A stretch of DNA of 64,000 nucleotides from the human T2T-CHM13v2.0 reference genome, Homo sapiens, in NCBI RefSeq assembly GCF_009914755.1, contig NC_060930.1, one strand, 5' to 3'. Shown piece after piece: positions 46,408-64,000 of this stretch. A program made the position numbers and the translations under genes. Under the pieces are notes generated by a model, which did no database searches, was not told the origin of the DNA, and saw only the letters and a list, made by a program, of their open reading frames with translations. Positions within the stretch are counted from its first letter, which is position 1. Each line of letters opens with the position of its first letter.

Positions 46408-47810
46408 ATGGAAGTGCAGAATCTCTTCAATACACTGATTCCCGCCCCCCCCCGCTTTTTTTTTTTTTTTGGATATATACCCAGCAGTGGGAACTACTAT
46501 ATGCTAGATCATATAGTAGTTCTATTTTTAGTTTTTTGAGGAACCTCCATATTTTGTTTTCCACAATGGCTGTACTAAACTTACATTCCTACCAATGAGC
46601 ATTCTCCTTTCCCTGAATACCTGCTAGCATCTGTTATTTTCTTTTTGATAACAGACATTTTAACCAGGGTGCGATGATATCCCATTGTAGTTTTAATTTG
46701 CATTTCCTTGACAATTAGTGATGTTGAGCATCTTTTCATATACCTGTTCGTCATTTGTATGTCTTCTTTAGGGAAATATCTATTTAGATCTTTTGCCCAT
46801 TTTTTAATCAGATTATTTGTCTTTTTGCTCTTGAGTTGTTTGAGTTCCTCACATAATCTGGTTATTAATCACTTGTCAGATGAATAGCTGGCAAATATTT
46901 TTTTCCCATTCTGTGGGCTGTCTCTTCTCTTTGTTGATTGTTTCCTCTGAAGCTTTTTAGCTTGATGTGATCCCACTTGTCAATTTGCTTTGGTTTCCTG
47001 TGCTTTTGAGGTCTTACTGAAGAAATCTTTGCCTAGACCAATGTACTGAGGCATTTCAATAGCAAGATATGAAATCAACCTAAGTGTCCATCAATGGATG
47101 AAATTATAAGGAAATTGTGAGATATATATATATACACAAAGGAATATTATTCAGTCATAAAGAAGAATGAAATTCTGTCATTTACAGCAACATAGACGGA
47201 ACTCGAAGGCATTATGTTAAGTGCAGTAAGCCAAGCACAAAGAGAAAAATATTGCCTGTTCTCACTCATGTTGGAGTTAAAATAGTGGATCTCATGAAGA
47301 TAGAGAATTGAAAGGTGTTTACCAGAAGCTGGGAAGGTTGGGCGGAGAGGGGAGATGAAGAGAGGTTGGTTAATGAGCACAAAAATACACTCAGAAGGAA
47401 CAAGATCTAGTGTTTGACAGCAATATAGGATAGCTGTGGTTAATACTTTATTGTATAGCTCTAAATAACTAGAAGAGGTTTGGAATGTCTCCCAGCACAA
47501 AGGAATGATAAATGTTTGAGGTGATGAATATCCCAATTGTGATCTGACCATTACACACTATGCTTGTATCAAAGCACCACATGTAAGCCAGCTTCAGTGG
47601 TGCATAACTATAGTCCTACTACTTGGGAGACTGAGGTGGGAGGATCACTAGAACCTAGGAATACAAGGCTGTAGTATACTTTACACCTGTGAATAACCAC
47701 TGCACTCCAGCCTGGGCAACACAGAGAGACCCTGTCTCTTAAAAAACACAAAACAAAAAAACCATGTACCCCATAAATATGTACAACTATTAGTATCCAT
47801 AAAAATTAAA
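46408..47810. mobile_element. L1MA-type element with 5' inversion (antisense 46408-47056, sense 47057-47810)
   Basis: Antisense ORF2-end sequence abuts sense caatagcaagatatgaaatcaacctaagtgtccatc..., which ends in an L1MA-type 3' end. An Alu monomer is inserted at about 47587-47760. Confidence 0.8.
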
Positions 47811-48569
47811 AACAAAGTTGCCTCTGGTGGGTCACACCTGTAATCCCAACACTTTGGGAGGCCAGGGTGAGAGGATCACTTGAGCCCCGGAGTTCAAGGC
47901 TGCAGAGAGCTATGAGTGCACCACTTCTCTCCTGCCTGGGCATCACAGCGAGATCCCATCTCTTAAAAAAAATCAATAGATAAAACTTAAATTTATATAA
48001 ATTAAATAAACAACTGAAAGTGGCACATGAGCCAATGGGTGTCATGAATTCACCATCTTACTTTCTTTTCATCCCTCTTATCACCACCTAAAACCACTGT
48101 CAATCATAACTACATTTGTAGTTCATTTAATAGCTCACAAAACTTGTCAAAAATATTATCTCATTTAATCCCTGCAACAATCTTATGAAACGTGCATTGC
48201 TATCATTCTCATACTACATAAGGGAAAACTATGGCTAAAAGAGATAAGTGACTGTTCCAGTTTAAATCCAGTTCTTAAACTCCAAATTCTGCATTCTTTC
48301 CCACATGAGCCTGAAAAATATCTATCCGTTCTAATCGCTCCACATGCATCTCAAATCATGTGATATTTAAGAGATCTCGAAGAAATAATAAAATTAGCAC
48401 CAAATCACCAAAAGTAGATGCCAAAACTAACACCCTTGAAAGGTGAGATTCCTCAGACTACTGGATCCCTTTCTCAGCCACCTAAACAAGGTCATATTAA
48501 AGGCCTGGTTATCTTTACTAATACCATCTTCAATCGCACACAAACACATAACCTTCTAACAACTCCTGA

Positions 48570-48912
<343 letters not shown>

Positions 48913-50894
48913 GAGATGTTTTAAGATGCTCACAGGGCCCTGAGCCACTCTTTTACAGGTCTCATCACATTAGACATATACTCAGACACATTCAATACAT
49001 TTTCCATTAAATGCTTGAAAGGGCTTTTATTATTTGAAAAATATATTTTGTTAAAAGTTATTTTTGTGTAATTTTAAATTTCACTTATGCACAATTATAC
49101 AAAAGTTGAATTGCAACTGGGCAGTTGAAATAATGACTAGTCATTTAATTAAAGATTGTTTTTAAAGTTAAGTTCCAAGCTTCTTATTTTGGAATCAATA
49201 ACATGTATTTAGGTCCCAGTGATCTCAAAAAGCCTTTGAAGAGTTCATGGACCCTAAGGACAGACCAGAGTGTCTAATGGACACACCATCAGGCCAGGAG
49301 CAAAGGCTACAGATTATTGGTGTCAATGGCAGAGGGCTGTCTGTGGCTACCCCTGGCTCCATCCCTAGAGCTGCTGGAATCTTAGCACAGGTGAACTTAT
49401 CCACCACACCACTTCTCCCTACCATACTTGTATACTACCCCCAAATTCAAGCCCCATGGGCAACTCTTTTCTCAAAAACTATCATCCTTTTGCTACTCTG
49501 TAGCTGCTCCACTGCTGCCCGCCTAGTCAACTCTTTTCTAGGTGCCCTTTGAAACCTTCATTTAATTGTCAGGAAGCTCTAACTCCTCACGAAAGTGCCA
49601 TCTCCACTGCTTGCCTTACCTTAATCATTCCACGTTGTATTTGTTAAGTGCCTGCTCTCTATACCTCTGCACCTCTCCAGCAGAGGCTTCTGCTTCTCCT
49701 GCATGTCTCATCGAAATCCCGGAGGGAAACATCATCCAATGCCGCTCTCTTCCTTTCCCTGAATTGTCACTGTCTGACCTCTGGTCACACTCCCTCATTT
49801 GCTGAGGACTTTGGAACCTGACTCATTGCTTCTTCTTCACTTTGAGTGTAGTCATCTGGGAAGATTTCCACATTCAATGTGGATGGGCCAGCCAACACCT
49901 CAGCCACAAAAGTTCCTAGCCTCCTGAGTTCAAATAATCTTTATCTTCTCTCTTCTTCTCCCAGCATGCCATGGCCCCATTCTGGATGATCACATCACCT
50001 GGTACTGAACCAACTCTGAGACCTCTCATTGTAATCCAAAAATGTGACCTCCAATTTTTGGCTCTCCAGCTCTCTCACTCCTCTTCAAGCTAATCCAGAC
50101 CTCTAATGCTCTGTTCCTGGACTGCCGTTAAGATTTCCTGTTCTTCCTCATCAAGCCTCATGATGCATCATTTCAAGCATTCTCTTGACATCAATATCCC
50201 AGCTGCCTCCTTTAGAGCTATCAAGTCCACCCTCTATCTTGGATCAGTTGAAACATTCACCTTAACTCCCAATTCTAAATGGCTGAAATGTGCTTTGAAA
50301 ACACTACTCAATGAAGCAGCTTAATCCCTCGACAAATGTCCAACCATCTAACATCAACTGGGTTCTCAGCACTGTTTTTCTTTAACAACTTCTAACTATC
50401 CCCAAATGTATCCATTTCTACTCTTACCCTCACCTGCACTCTGTCCAGGCCCAGGAAAGGCCCCCTTTCATCTCCCTAAAATATCTCAAATGTCTCCCAT
50501 CTTATGAAAGACCTTTCTGAATCCTATATCCTCCCCAGCTTACTGCCTAAATTCCTGTCTCTTCTTAGGCAAACTCCTTTAAAGGGTAATTTATAAAGGT
50601 TCTTTCCATGTCTGTATCTCCTAGTCATTTTTTCCCCATTCATTTTTAAATTGACTTGTATTTGTATCAAAGTAAAATGTGCCTATAAGAAGCAAATAAT
50701 GCTAAAAAAACATTTGGCCTAAAAGGCTCTTACCTAGATACCTGGCTCTGATCAAATGTCACCTTATCAAAGAATGTTCCCTGACTGTGCAATGTAAACC
50801 CATCATCCCACCCCAACACTATCTTCCCCCTTACCTGAAGCATTTTTCTTCATACCATTTACCACCTCCTAGCATAATATAAATTTAGTTATTT

Positions 50895-51214
<320 letters not shown>

Positions 51215-52810
51215 TTATTTTTATGGGATCTGTGGCACAGAGCAAACAATAAATATGTGTGGAATTAATGAAAATCTATTCTAACAGGATATCAAATTGG
51301 AACATTTTTAATTAGTTTCAACTGATATCCCATAGGCTGGGAACAACACAATAAATGCCACTATCCCCCAGTCCTAAAGGAAAGTGTTGGAACAGTGCAA
51401 CTCAAAATATGCCCATGGACAAATACCAGTCTGAGAACTGTTTTTATTGGTTTGCTATAAGATAAATACAGAAATTGGAAGTATTTAGAGACTTTTAGAA
51501 TAATTTGACATTGCTTTGGAAGTACAACTGGTCAACAGACTTGTCTTGTTGAACAGACTGTTTCAGGTGCTGTTGAACTCACATAATACATCACCAGTGT
51601 GATGTGAACTGAAGACCAGTCATGCAATAAAGGGCCAGGTATAGACCTGTAATGAATTGGAAGTTAAAAAAAAAAATCTTTCCCACAAATGTACGCAATG
51701 CCCTGTGCTAAACCATCTGTGACAACCACGTTAGGACAGTGTGACACAGATTAGAGCAACATGAGCCCATCACCACTCTAAGAGGGTAGACAAAGCCAGA
51801 AACCAAGAGGAGAGATTGTTTTGTAGAAAGCTATTTATGTCTTGAGCATTTCCTCCTAGAAGAGAGGTTGGTGTGCATATCCTATGCCTTAAACCAAGGG
51901 AGAGGGCTTCAAGGAGACACCTTGAAGGGTAAAACATGTCTCCCCTGGAGTTTAAGGAACATGTGACTAGAATATGACTCTCACCAAAAGACTCTAAAGG
52001 TGAAGACTGTGGCTGGAATAAAAGGCATGCTTGGCACTGAGCTGCCCCTCCGTGGCACATGCTTTTGGGAGATCTGTCATGGACCCAGGGACAGAGGGAG
52101 CTAGTTTAAGCTCCTATTCAAAGGGATCCTATCCAAGAGGAATTTGTGGATGGAAGGAGGGACCAAACAGATGGGGTGAAGCATCAGAAGCTCAGAGGAC
52201 CAAGGCAGGAATACACAAGCAAAGAAAAATCTTTTCCCAGATGAAAGGAAATACAACACATTCAGAGGACACAAACTGCCAGGTCATAACTATAAGGGCT
52301 GTGCAAAACTAGGCCCTTGTCCCCTAATCCCCTCTCTTCTTGGCCAATCCTAGAGCAGTCAAAAACAACAACAGGAGAAAATGAGGAGAGAAGAGAGGGA
52401 AAAAACCAACCACGTCTTTTGCCACTGCAGCCTGAATCTCTGTCAAGCTGAGAGAAGGCAAAAAATATTAACGTTGAATATGAAGTTGTAATAATTCATG
52501 AGGCTAGACTGGAGTTATATTATTATTAGACGAAGCAAAAATCTTTAATGCTTGACAGTGACCCAAGGGCTTTCCATTATCTAAGAATCACCAGTAAAGT
52601 TGTGGCACCTGCCTTGAGTTTTTCCTTAGGAGTAGAGAGTGAGTTAAATGGTAATTAGTGAGAAAGAATAAATTTGATTTCTCTTTGCACTCGAATCAAT
52701 AAATAGATTATACACAAAAAAATGTGGTCCCCTGGCTCTTCTTCCCACCTTCTCAGACACAACCACTTTCAACTTTCTACGTATCTTACTGCATTTATCT
52801 TAATAGTTCC

Positions 52811-53154
<344 letters not shown>

Positions 53155-53983
53155 TTATAGTTATTATCTATTCAGTCCCTATTAAGATAGATAAAGAATT
53201 ATACCTTTCTTACAGAATTTTTGCATACATCCATATTCAGTGATATTATGGTTAATTCCATCTTATATCATTCACTCCTTAATTAAGTAGTATACCATGA
53301 TTAAATTTTCTTGCTTCCTCAAATCTATAAATAGATTAATCCACACAATAACACTCACTATAAAGTTATGACCCCCATTCTAAACTGGAGGAACCTGAGC
53401 CACAGAGAAATTAAGTAACTCACTTGCCCAAAGGCACTGAGCTGGTAAGTGCTGAAACCAGAATTTAAACTCACATTAGGCTGTATAGTTCCAGAATGCA
53501 CACTCTTAGCCCCTCCATGATAGTGCTTATGTTTGCTAAAAGGTTTAAGTCATAGCTCAAGCAAAATTAAACTGGGCCTAGCCCATTACTAAAGTAGGTG
53601 CTATTGTAGCATATGATAAAGACATTTTTAAAATTTCTATTCCCACAATGAATAGGTACCTTTCAAAAGAGTATCCAGAAAGGTACTTTGGATATGTAAC
53701 ATACAACCCAACTTGTTAATTCATCACAATAACTGAATGTATGATTTTCCTTTTATCCGTTCTTCACCCTGACTTCTCACCTTACAATTTTCTCTTAGCT
53801 AAAGTTAAGCGATAACTCTTCAGAAAAATAGTCTAGAGATTCATTATTAAAAATATATTGAAATCTTACAATTCTCTGGTGCTAAGGTTTAGAACACAAA
53901 ATACAGTCTCTTTCCTCTAAAATGATGTAATTCTTCTCATTACTAAAGTCAGAATAAGAGATAGAACTACAATGAAGAAATTA

Positions 53984-55120
<1,137 letters not shown>

Positions 55121-56488
55121 AGAACAAGTGAAAATTAGAATATAAAACAAGTAACTGATAAAAGAATCAGACAATGCCTGACATCCAACTGACTGATCTT
55201 CCCACCCCATTTCCCATCTTCAAACTCAAAAGTTTATTTTTATGTTTTTAAAAAACCCAAATTTTTAAGAGCAAGCCATAGGCCACAGAATTCTAAAATT
55301 CTCCAACCATATTCAGCCTTTTACTCCTAAAAACAGGAAATAGTACAACTCAAAAGATCAACAATCTGAAAATTTAATCCAAGTGATATCTCTTTATTGG
55401 TAAAAAAAAAAATCACAATTTCTATAATTTGCCATCAGTGGAAGAATTCAAGCCTGACTAACTCATTCACATTTTATTAAATGGGTGGCTAATATTCAAT
55501 TTCATAGAGACCAAAAAAAGCACCAAACAAAGGGAGAGGGCAGCGCGTGCACAAGAAACTTGGCTAATGATTTTTCAGACACCTCTCAGTTAAAACTCCA
55601 AAAGCTGAATGAACACAGAAATCCACTTTAAAGTATATGTTCAGGTCGAATGTATAATTTTTGCCCTTCTGAACTCCTGGGACAAACGTTTATGCTCAAT
55701 AATGTTTAACCTTCTTGAAATGCAGAAGGAGAAAAGGCTCAAAGCAATATGTCAGAACTGATTATCATAGTTCAAGAGAAATGGTTGTCCTGATGGCCAA
55801 GAAAAATAGGCTCATTTTCAACATGAATGCTGGCCACTTAAAAATAATTATTTTCCTGTGGCTGCAAATTATGAAAATTAGTAGCATGAAAGCACATGTC
55901 CTGTAAGGACCCCATTGCTTCTGAAAGATATCCACATCCAGCTATCCAGTTTTGGAGAAAGTAAATGGGTTATTTTTATTGTGTTTGGCAAAGTAGCTAA
56001 AAATTATACTCCATTCTCAATTAACAATGCCTATTTATAATAGGGCTAATATATAAATAAAATTCACAGATAATTCTAAAGCATCCTAACTAATGATAGT
56101 TTCAAACTTTCTTAATTAAGCTATGAACAGAGTTAGAAATGTATAAATCACTGGCTTGCCTCCCTATTTAGCAACAGAAAATTAAAAGTATAAGCAGCAA
56201 AATGAAAGCAAATAATCTACCACTGAAAAGCTATCTCCTGAGCAGAGAGTCACATAATGGCATGTAATGCCAATATTAAAGATTAACTCAAATCAATTAA
56301 GCAACTCAATATCTTGCATTTTAGCCATCATCAAAATTTCATGAGCTCTGTGAAAAGATATATGTGTAATTTGCTGGAATAAAATCATACTAAAATGGAA
56401 GAATTCTATTTACTAAGAAAAAATTGTTAGACCAGCTATCGTTTAAATTTCAGCAAGACAAAAGTCAAGCAATGTGATAGCATGTTGC

Positions 56489-56790
56489 TTTTTTCTTTTC
56501 CCCCCCAAGACAGAGTCTCGCTCTGTCACCCAGGCTGGAATGAGGTGGCATGATCTCAGCTCACTGCAACCTCTGCCTGCCAGGTTCAAGCTGATCCTCC
56601 TGCCTCAACCTCCCAAGTAGCTGGAATTACAGGTGCGTGCCACCACACCCAGCTGGTTTTTATATTTTTAGTAGAGATGGGGTTTCACCATGTTGGCCAG
56701 GCTGGTCTCAAACTCCTGACCTCAGGTGATCCACCCACCTTGGCCTCCCAAAGTGCTGGGATTACAGGTGTGAGCCACCACGCCAGGCCC
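56489..56790 (-). mobile_element. AluS
   Basis: Reverse dimer, TSD catgttgc. Confidence 0.9.
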
Positions 56791-57254
56791 ATGTTGCCTT
56801 TAAGGTCAGTTTTGTTTCAATGATGATTCTAGTCTCAGATCAATAAATCAGCAAAGAACAAAAACAGTAGTCTTGGGGGAAAAAAATCTGCTCTAGATTT
56901 TAAAACAGAAGAATATGCCTATATAATTCCTTGTCTATTTTATATTATTTGTTTAAGTTTTAAATAATAAGCACATTTTATACACCATTCACTAATATGG
57001 TCTGTCAAATGTTCTAAGTAAAAAGACAACAAATAAGCAAATAGTTCTTTGTTAAAAGAAAACAAGAAGTAAAAAGAAATCAGGAGATGGCCATAAGAAC
57101 AATTTCCCACCTTCTGCCTTTCTAAAAACCTTTTAATAATAAATATCTAAAATCTCAAAATGTTATTAACAAAAATTTAGGCTTACTCTACGGAAAACAA
57201 AAGTGTTGATGATGCAAACTTCAAGTAAAGGTTTGTTTCTTTCTCTAATGTCTT

Positions 57255-58700
<1,446 letters not shown>

Positions 58701-59112
58701 TGATTGATGGTTTCTATGAGTGTCCTGGCTGCATCCCTTCCACCTGGCCAATGGACTCACATACAGGCTACTATGAGGGTTGGCTGCTAATGGCTCATAG
58801 CCGCCCTCCCCTTCAGGGACTCCCCTAACCTAAAGCTTCCTCACACCCCCAGCCCTAGCAGCCCATAACCAATGACTGACTGAGGTGAAGGACAAAAGGC
58901 TTGGCTTCAAGTTGAGACTAACTCTGCGTACAATTCATGTGCCAGGGTTCAATATTCAGAAGTGGAATAGTTGGCTCATATGATAATGCTATTTTTTAAT
59001 TTTTGAAGACCTACCATACTGTTTTCTATAGCAGTTGAACCATTTTACATTCCCACCAAGAGTGCACAAGGGTATATAAACTTAATTTTAACAACATATT
59101 TGCTTAGGTATC

Positions 59113-59495
59113 TGCTTTGGTTTGAATGTTGTATCCCACCCAAAATTCATGTGTTGAAATTTAATCCCCAATATGACAGTATTAAGAGGAGGGGCTTTTT
59201 GGAAGTGATTATGTCATGGGGGCTCACCATCATGAATGGGTTAATGCCACTACAAAAAAGGCTTCAAAGAGCTCCCTTGCTCTCTCTTGCTGTCTTTGCC
59301 TTCTGCCTTCCACCAGGTGAGGATGCAGAAACAAGGTGTCATCGCTGAGGAACAACACCTCACCCAATACCAAACCTGCTGATGCCTTGGTCTTGAACTT
59401 TCTAGGTTCCAGAAGAGTGAGAAAATAAATTTCTATTATTTATAAATTACCCAGTCTCAGGTATTCTCTTATAGCAACACAGATGGACTAAGACA
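59113..59495 (+). mobile_element. MST/MLT1A-type (MaLR) solo LTR
   Basis: tgctttggtttgaatgt...aattacccagtctcaggtattctcttatagcaacacagatggactaagaca; TSD gtatc/gtgtc. Confidence 0.85.
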
Positions 59496-60115
59496 GTGTC
59501 TGATCCCCATCGATCTTAGTAATACTGAGCTGCATGTAGCAAGGGTCAATGTAGATTAGCCAGTGGTATTACCCAGTATCAGAGTTGATTATCTAATTTA
59601 CCAATTCATAATTGAATAGGGTGTGTGGAGGAGAAGCATGGGCTTGATAGTATTAGACCAAAGTGGACTTGCCAATACACAGGTAGCCTAGGGTGGCCAA
59701 CACAGATAATGCAGGCTGTGAGCAGACTCTCAAAGATGTAAAGCTACTCCCTGGGAATGAGTCACATTGGGATACTGAATAATTCCTCCAGTCAAATGGA
59801 ATCTATATTCTTCTCCCTGGAAGTTCTCACCCAATTCTCTAAGCATTGTCAGAGATAAAGACTAAATAAACATAGGATAAACACAGGAGACAACAGACTG
59901 CAAGGATGAGAGAGGTCTGCTTCTAACTGACCTTATGAACTTAAGCCAATCACCTACTCACTGAGGTTTAGTTTTGTCAAACTGGATCAATAATATATGC
60001 CATACCCAACACACAGGGTGTTTGTTCAGGAGATAATGAATATGAGCAGTCTTTGAAAGTATGAAGTGCTACTTAACTACGAAGTACTACTCCAAAGCTA
60101 TAATTTTCCTGAAAC

Positions 60116-60422
60116 AGCCAGGCATGGTGGCTCACGCCTGTAATCCCAGCATTTTGGGAGGCCGAGGCGGGCAGATCACCTGAGGTTAGGAGTTCGAGAC
60201 CACCCTGACCAACATGGAGAAACCCCGTCTCTACTAAAAATACAAAATTAGCTGGGTGTGGTGGCACATGCCTGTAATCCCAGCTGCTCGGGAGGCTGAG
60301 GCAGGAGAATTGCTTGAACCCAGGAGGTGGAGTTTGCGGTGAGCCGGAGATCGTGCCATTGCACTCCAGCCTAGGCAATGAGAGTGAAACTCAGTCTCAA
60401 AAAAAAAAAAAAAAAAAAAAAA
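60116..60422 (+). mobile_element. AluSp-like
   Basis: ctgaccaacatggagaaaccc diagnostic; A tail; TSD ttcctgaaaca. Confidence 0.9.
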
Positions 60423-61569
60423 TTCCTGAAACATTACTGTCATTTCTAGAACTGAATTCTCATCTCCCAAAGCACAAACTAAATTTTGTTCAATTTCCAT
60501 AGATTGATTTTTTTGAAACACAATCATCATCTCAGAACTAAAATAAATAAATAAAGAGAGAGAGACAGAAAATATTGAGAGAAATCAGACCCTTATCACT
60601 CACTTGGAGGTGGTTTAGAAGAGTAAAACAAAAATGATGTTTGGAAAAATTAAGAATTAGACTTAGGAGAAAAGTTCAGAGAGATAGAACCATGAGCCTA
60701 GAAAAGAAACAATTTATTGATTTTCAAGTACAATTAACTTGCTGCTAATTAGCACTATTTAATGGTAGGAGATTGTATCACTAAAAGTACTGAAGCAGAG
60801 AGGAATCTAGCATTACAAAAACTGTTAAGTCAGATGAGCTCTAAGATCCCCTCAAGCTTTAACATTCTTTGATTCACAAAGACTGAGAGTGACACGGTAG
60901 CAGGTGGCTATGCTTCATCCTCTCCACAGAGGATACCACAATAAGAAATGGTCTTAAATTGTAAGGCATGGGATTTAGGGCAAAGATCAAGGAGTTGTTT
61001 CAGGCAGAGATGGCTGTTAAATTCCAAACAGAATTCTGAGGTAAGCTATGGCTGTGTCCTTTAAAATAAAGGAAGCTATACCCATCTTACCAGAGCAATT
61101 TAAGGATTTCTTTGGTTAGAGGTGAAATAATAAACTAGACCATCTTTGAAGGGGCTTTCTTTTCAGTCCTTTGATCCATAGTTGTCCATGAAAATTTTCA
61201 AAGTGTAAGTGACTATCTAAATGTTTTCTTTAAGTTTCCTTGGTTTGGAGATTAAATAATTTAAGGTTTTTTTTATTTAAGACAACAGGTTGTCATCACA
61301 TACAAGAAAGACATAGAAAGAATGGCAAGAGGTCTTGCTTCAGTCAAAATACTGACCTCAAAAAAGAATCATGAGTTATGAACACATGCTTATTTTTCTC
61401 CAAGCAGAACACATGAATCCCTTTACCAAGTTAATCTTGGTTTCATGAGTTGTTTATAGAGACTAAACTGTTCATTCAATACAGTCTACCTACCTTGCAC
61501 ATTCTTGTGCCCCTGTGCATTAATTATTCCAATACCTTACTGTAATTTATTATAGCAAGCCTATAATAA

Positions 61570-61871
<302 letters not shown>

Positions 61872-64000
61872 ATAAATGAAATCTTTTATAAAATTCTATT
61901 AATTATGAACCTAAAAAGGGAGGTACAGCAATATGTAGCAAAGACTCAGTACATTGAATGGGTGTCATTCAAAAAAATTCTTTTCAGATAATTAGCAAAA
62001 GAAATTTGACTTTATTAATCAATTCATTCTCCAGAATTCCAAAGGGGAAAAGGAAACAAATGTTTCCTCTAAGAGCTTTGGATTTGCTAGTTAATTAGCC
62101 AAAGTAAGGTATGAGTTGTACAGTTATGCCTTCCACAAAAGGGGAAATATCCTAAGGTTATGCACATAGAGCTGCCTGGTCCTACATATTTGAAAAGGAA
62201 AGGGAAAAGGAAGACCATTTTAATAATCTAAGCAGGAAAGGAACACAGAAACACCCTGCTATATTTTCAAGAGATCAAGGATATATGCTTAAGTCTTTCC
62301 TACACTCCAAAAAGTTCCCAACTACAAATATGACAAAATCTGGTTAATTTAATTATTACAAATTAAAGCTATATAATGTTCCAAAATATACTGCAGCCTT
62401 ACAAAAACCTAAGCTGTAATCAGAAAAACAGAAAATTTCCCCAAGACTGAAAAACAGAAACCCACAACAGAAGGAAAAGAAGGGTGAGGTCAAGGAAGTG
62501 GTGGTTTAGTTGGGGAGAGTTCAGGGAAGGGAAAATCTAATGAGTACATCTGGGATTTCATTTCCTGCTATTTTCTCTAGTCTCTACCTGAGTGGCCTTT
62601 TCTTGGCCTAAAATGAATAGCCTTAAATCAAAGTCAAGAGCTACCTAGACCCATGTCTGCTTAAGGCATTTATATTTCTGAGTGAAGAGTTGGAAGTTAT
62701 AAGCGATCCTCAGTCCTCTTCCCAAACTCTCATCACTGGCAGACTCCAAGGCTCAGACCTCAAGTGTCTTCTCTTCTCTATCAAATTCATTTTCGGAGTC
62801 ATCCCACCCAGTCTTATAGATTTAATAACATCTATGTACAAATAATTCTCACATCTTCCATGAAATCCAGACACAAGAATATCTAATAGTTATTTCAAAC
62901 TTCACATATCCAAATCAGAAAATTTTCTTTCCAATCCTCAATCCAAACCTGCTTCTTCCTTTGTGCTTACCATTTCAGAAAAGAGGATCACCCAATCACC
63001 TGTGTTAGGCCCATATGTCCTCCAACTCCTCAGTCAAAACTGTCAGGTTCAAAAATCCCATTGCTTGATGGTGGTGGGAGCCCAAAAGTAAGAAAACAGG
63101 TGCTCAGAGGCTAAGATTTTGCCAGCAGGGAGAACAAGCTGCAGCTTTGGCAATAACCTGGGAACACTAGCAATTTTTAATTATACTTTTTCAGCTCAGT
63201 GAGAAAGTCTCAAAGATTCTAAGTCACCAGGAAATGCAGGCAATGCTGTTGCAGTGTGCAAAAAACTGGAATCAGTGAAATGTAACAGGAGTAGAGTCAG
63301 TATGTTTGATTATTTCCTGATGCTCTAAAACTGTTATTTCCCCATACCCACCCCCAATCTCAAACACATAAATACTTTTTGGGTCTGAAAGTTGTACATT
63401 AACAGGTTCATGTGAGCAGGCAGTAGGGCAAAATTACTCTTGCTTACTTCTTGCTACCTCCTAGGTGCCCTGCCACAGAAAGAGGGGGCCAATTTTGCCA
63501 ATAAAATGATGGCAAAAATGATGTTTGAGGTTTACCTATGGTTTTCAATACCATTTTAAAGATAGGTTTTAATTGATGTAATAGTTTAAAAACACAAAGA
63601 TTTCATCCATATCTACCATCTATGCAGTTAGAAAAATGAGACTCAAAGTAATTAAAATACTTCAGGAAGGCTGATGAGGATAAATGTCTAGCACTAGAAT
63701 TGTAATCATGGGGAGTTCTCCATTCCTTACTCAAAAACGGCTCAAGCCAAGAGTGCCTAGGTTTAAATGTTAACTCCATGATCTACCAGCTGTATGACCT
63801 TGACACATTTCCTCCCTGGAAAGTGAGCACCGACTCCAGAGAATCGCTGAGAAGATAAAATGAGAGAAAAACAGAGAAGAGTGCAGAGAACAATGCCCAT
63901 GTATTGTCAATGAGGTAAACATGCAGTAATGCAAGAGTTCTTATGATGATGATGATGATGTTTAAAAATCCTGGGATTCAGAAACAAAACAAAATGCTTT

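Overview
Human/primate genomic DNA: Alu-rich, about 40% GC, with one CpG island. I recognise it as the 5' region of the dystonin gene (DST/BPAG1), transcribed on the minus strand. Only three small DST coding pieces are present. (1) The first exon of N-terminal variant 1 ([30 protein letters not shown], 16667-16757) lies under a CpG-island promoter. (2) The plectin-1c-like exon (SSGNASYRCSMSSSADFS...VLDPAERAVLRIA, 25011-25218) belongs to variant 2. (3) A probable ATG-only alternative first exon (25402-25404) splices in frame to exon (2). Plus-strand splice signals fit a divergent/antisense lncRNA. The rest is intron filled with retroelements: about 30 Alus (including young AluYa5 and AluYi6-type copies), old L1/L2/MIR, MaLR/ERVL LTRs and a MER6 DNA transposon. 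A nested cluster at 43-48 kb holds a poly(A)-tailed HERV-W LTR17 U3-R retrocopy, a tail-less Alu, a full-length RPL17 processed pseudogene and a 5'-inverted L1. I found no convincing wholly new biological system. The best leads are the alternative-promoter/antisense/uORF architecture and the unusual retrotransposition products. Family and subfamily calls come from remembered consensus sequences, not from a search, and old-repeat boundaries are approximate.
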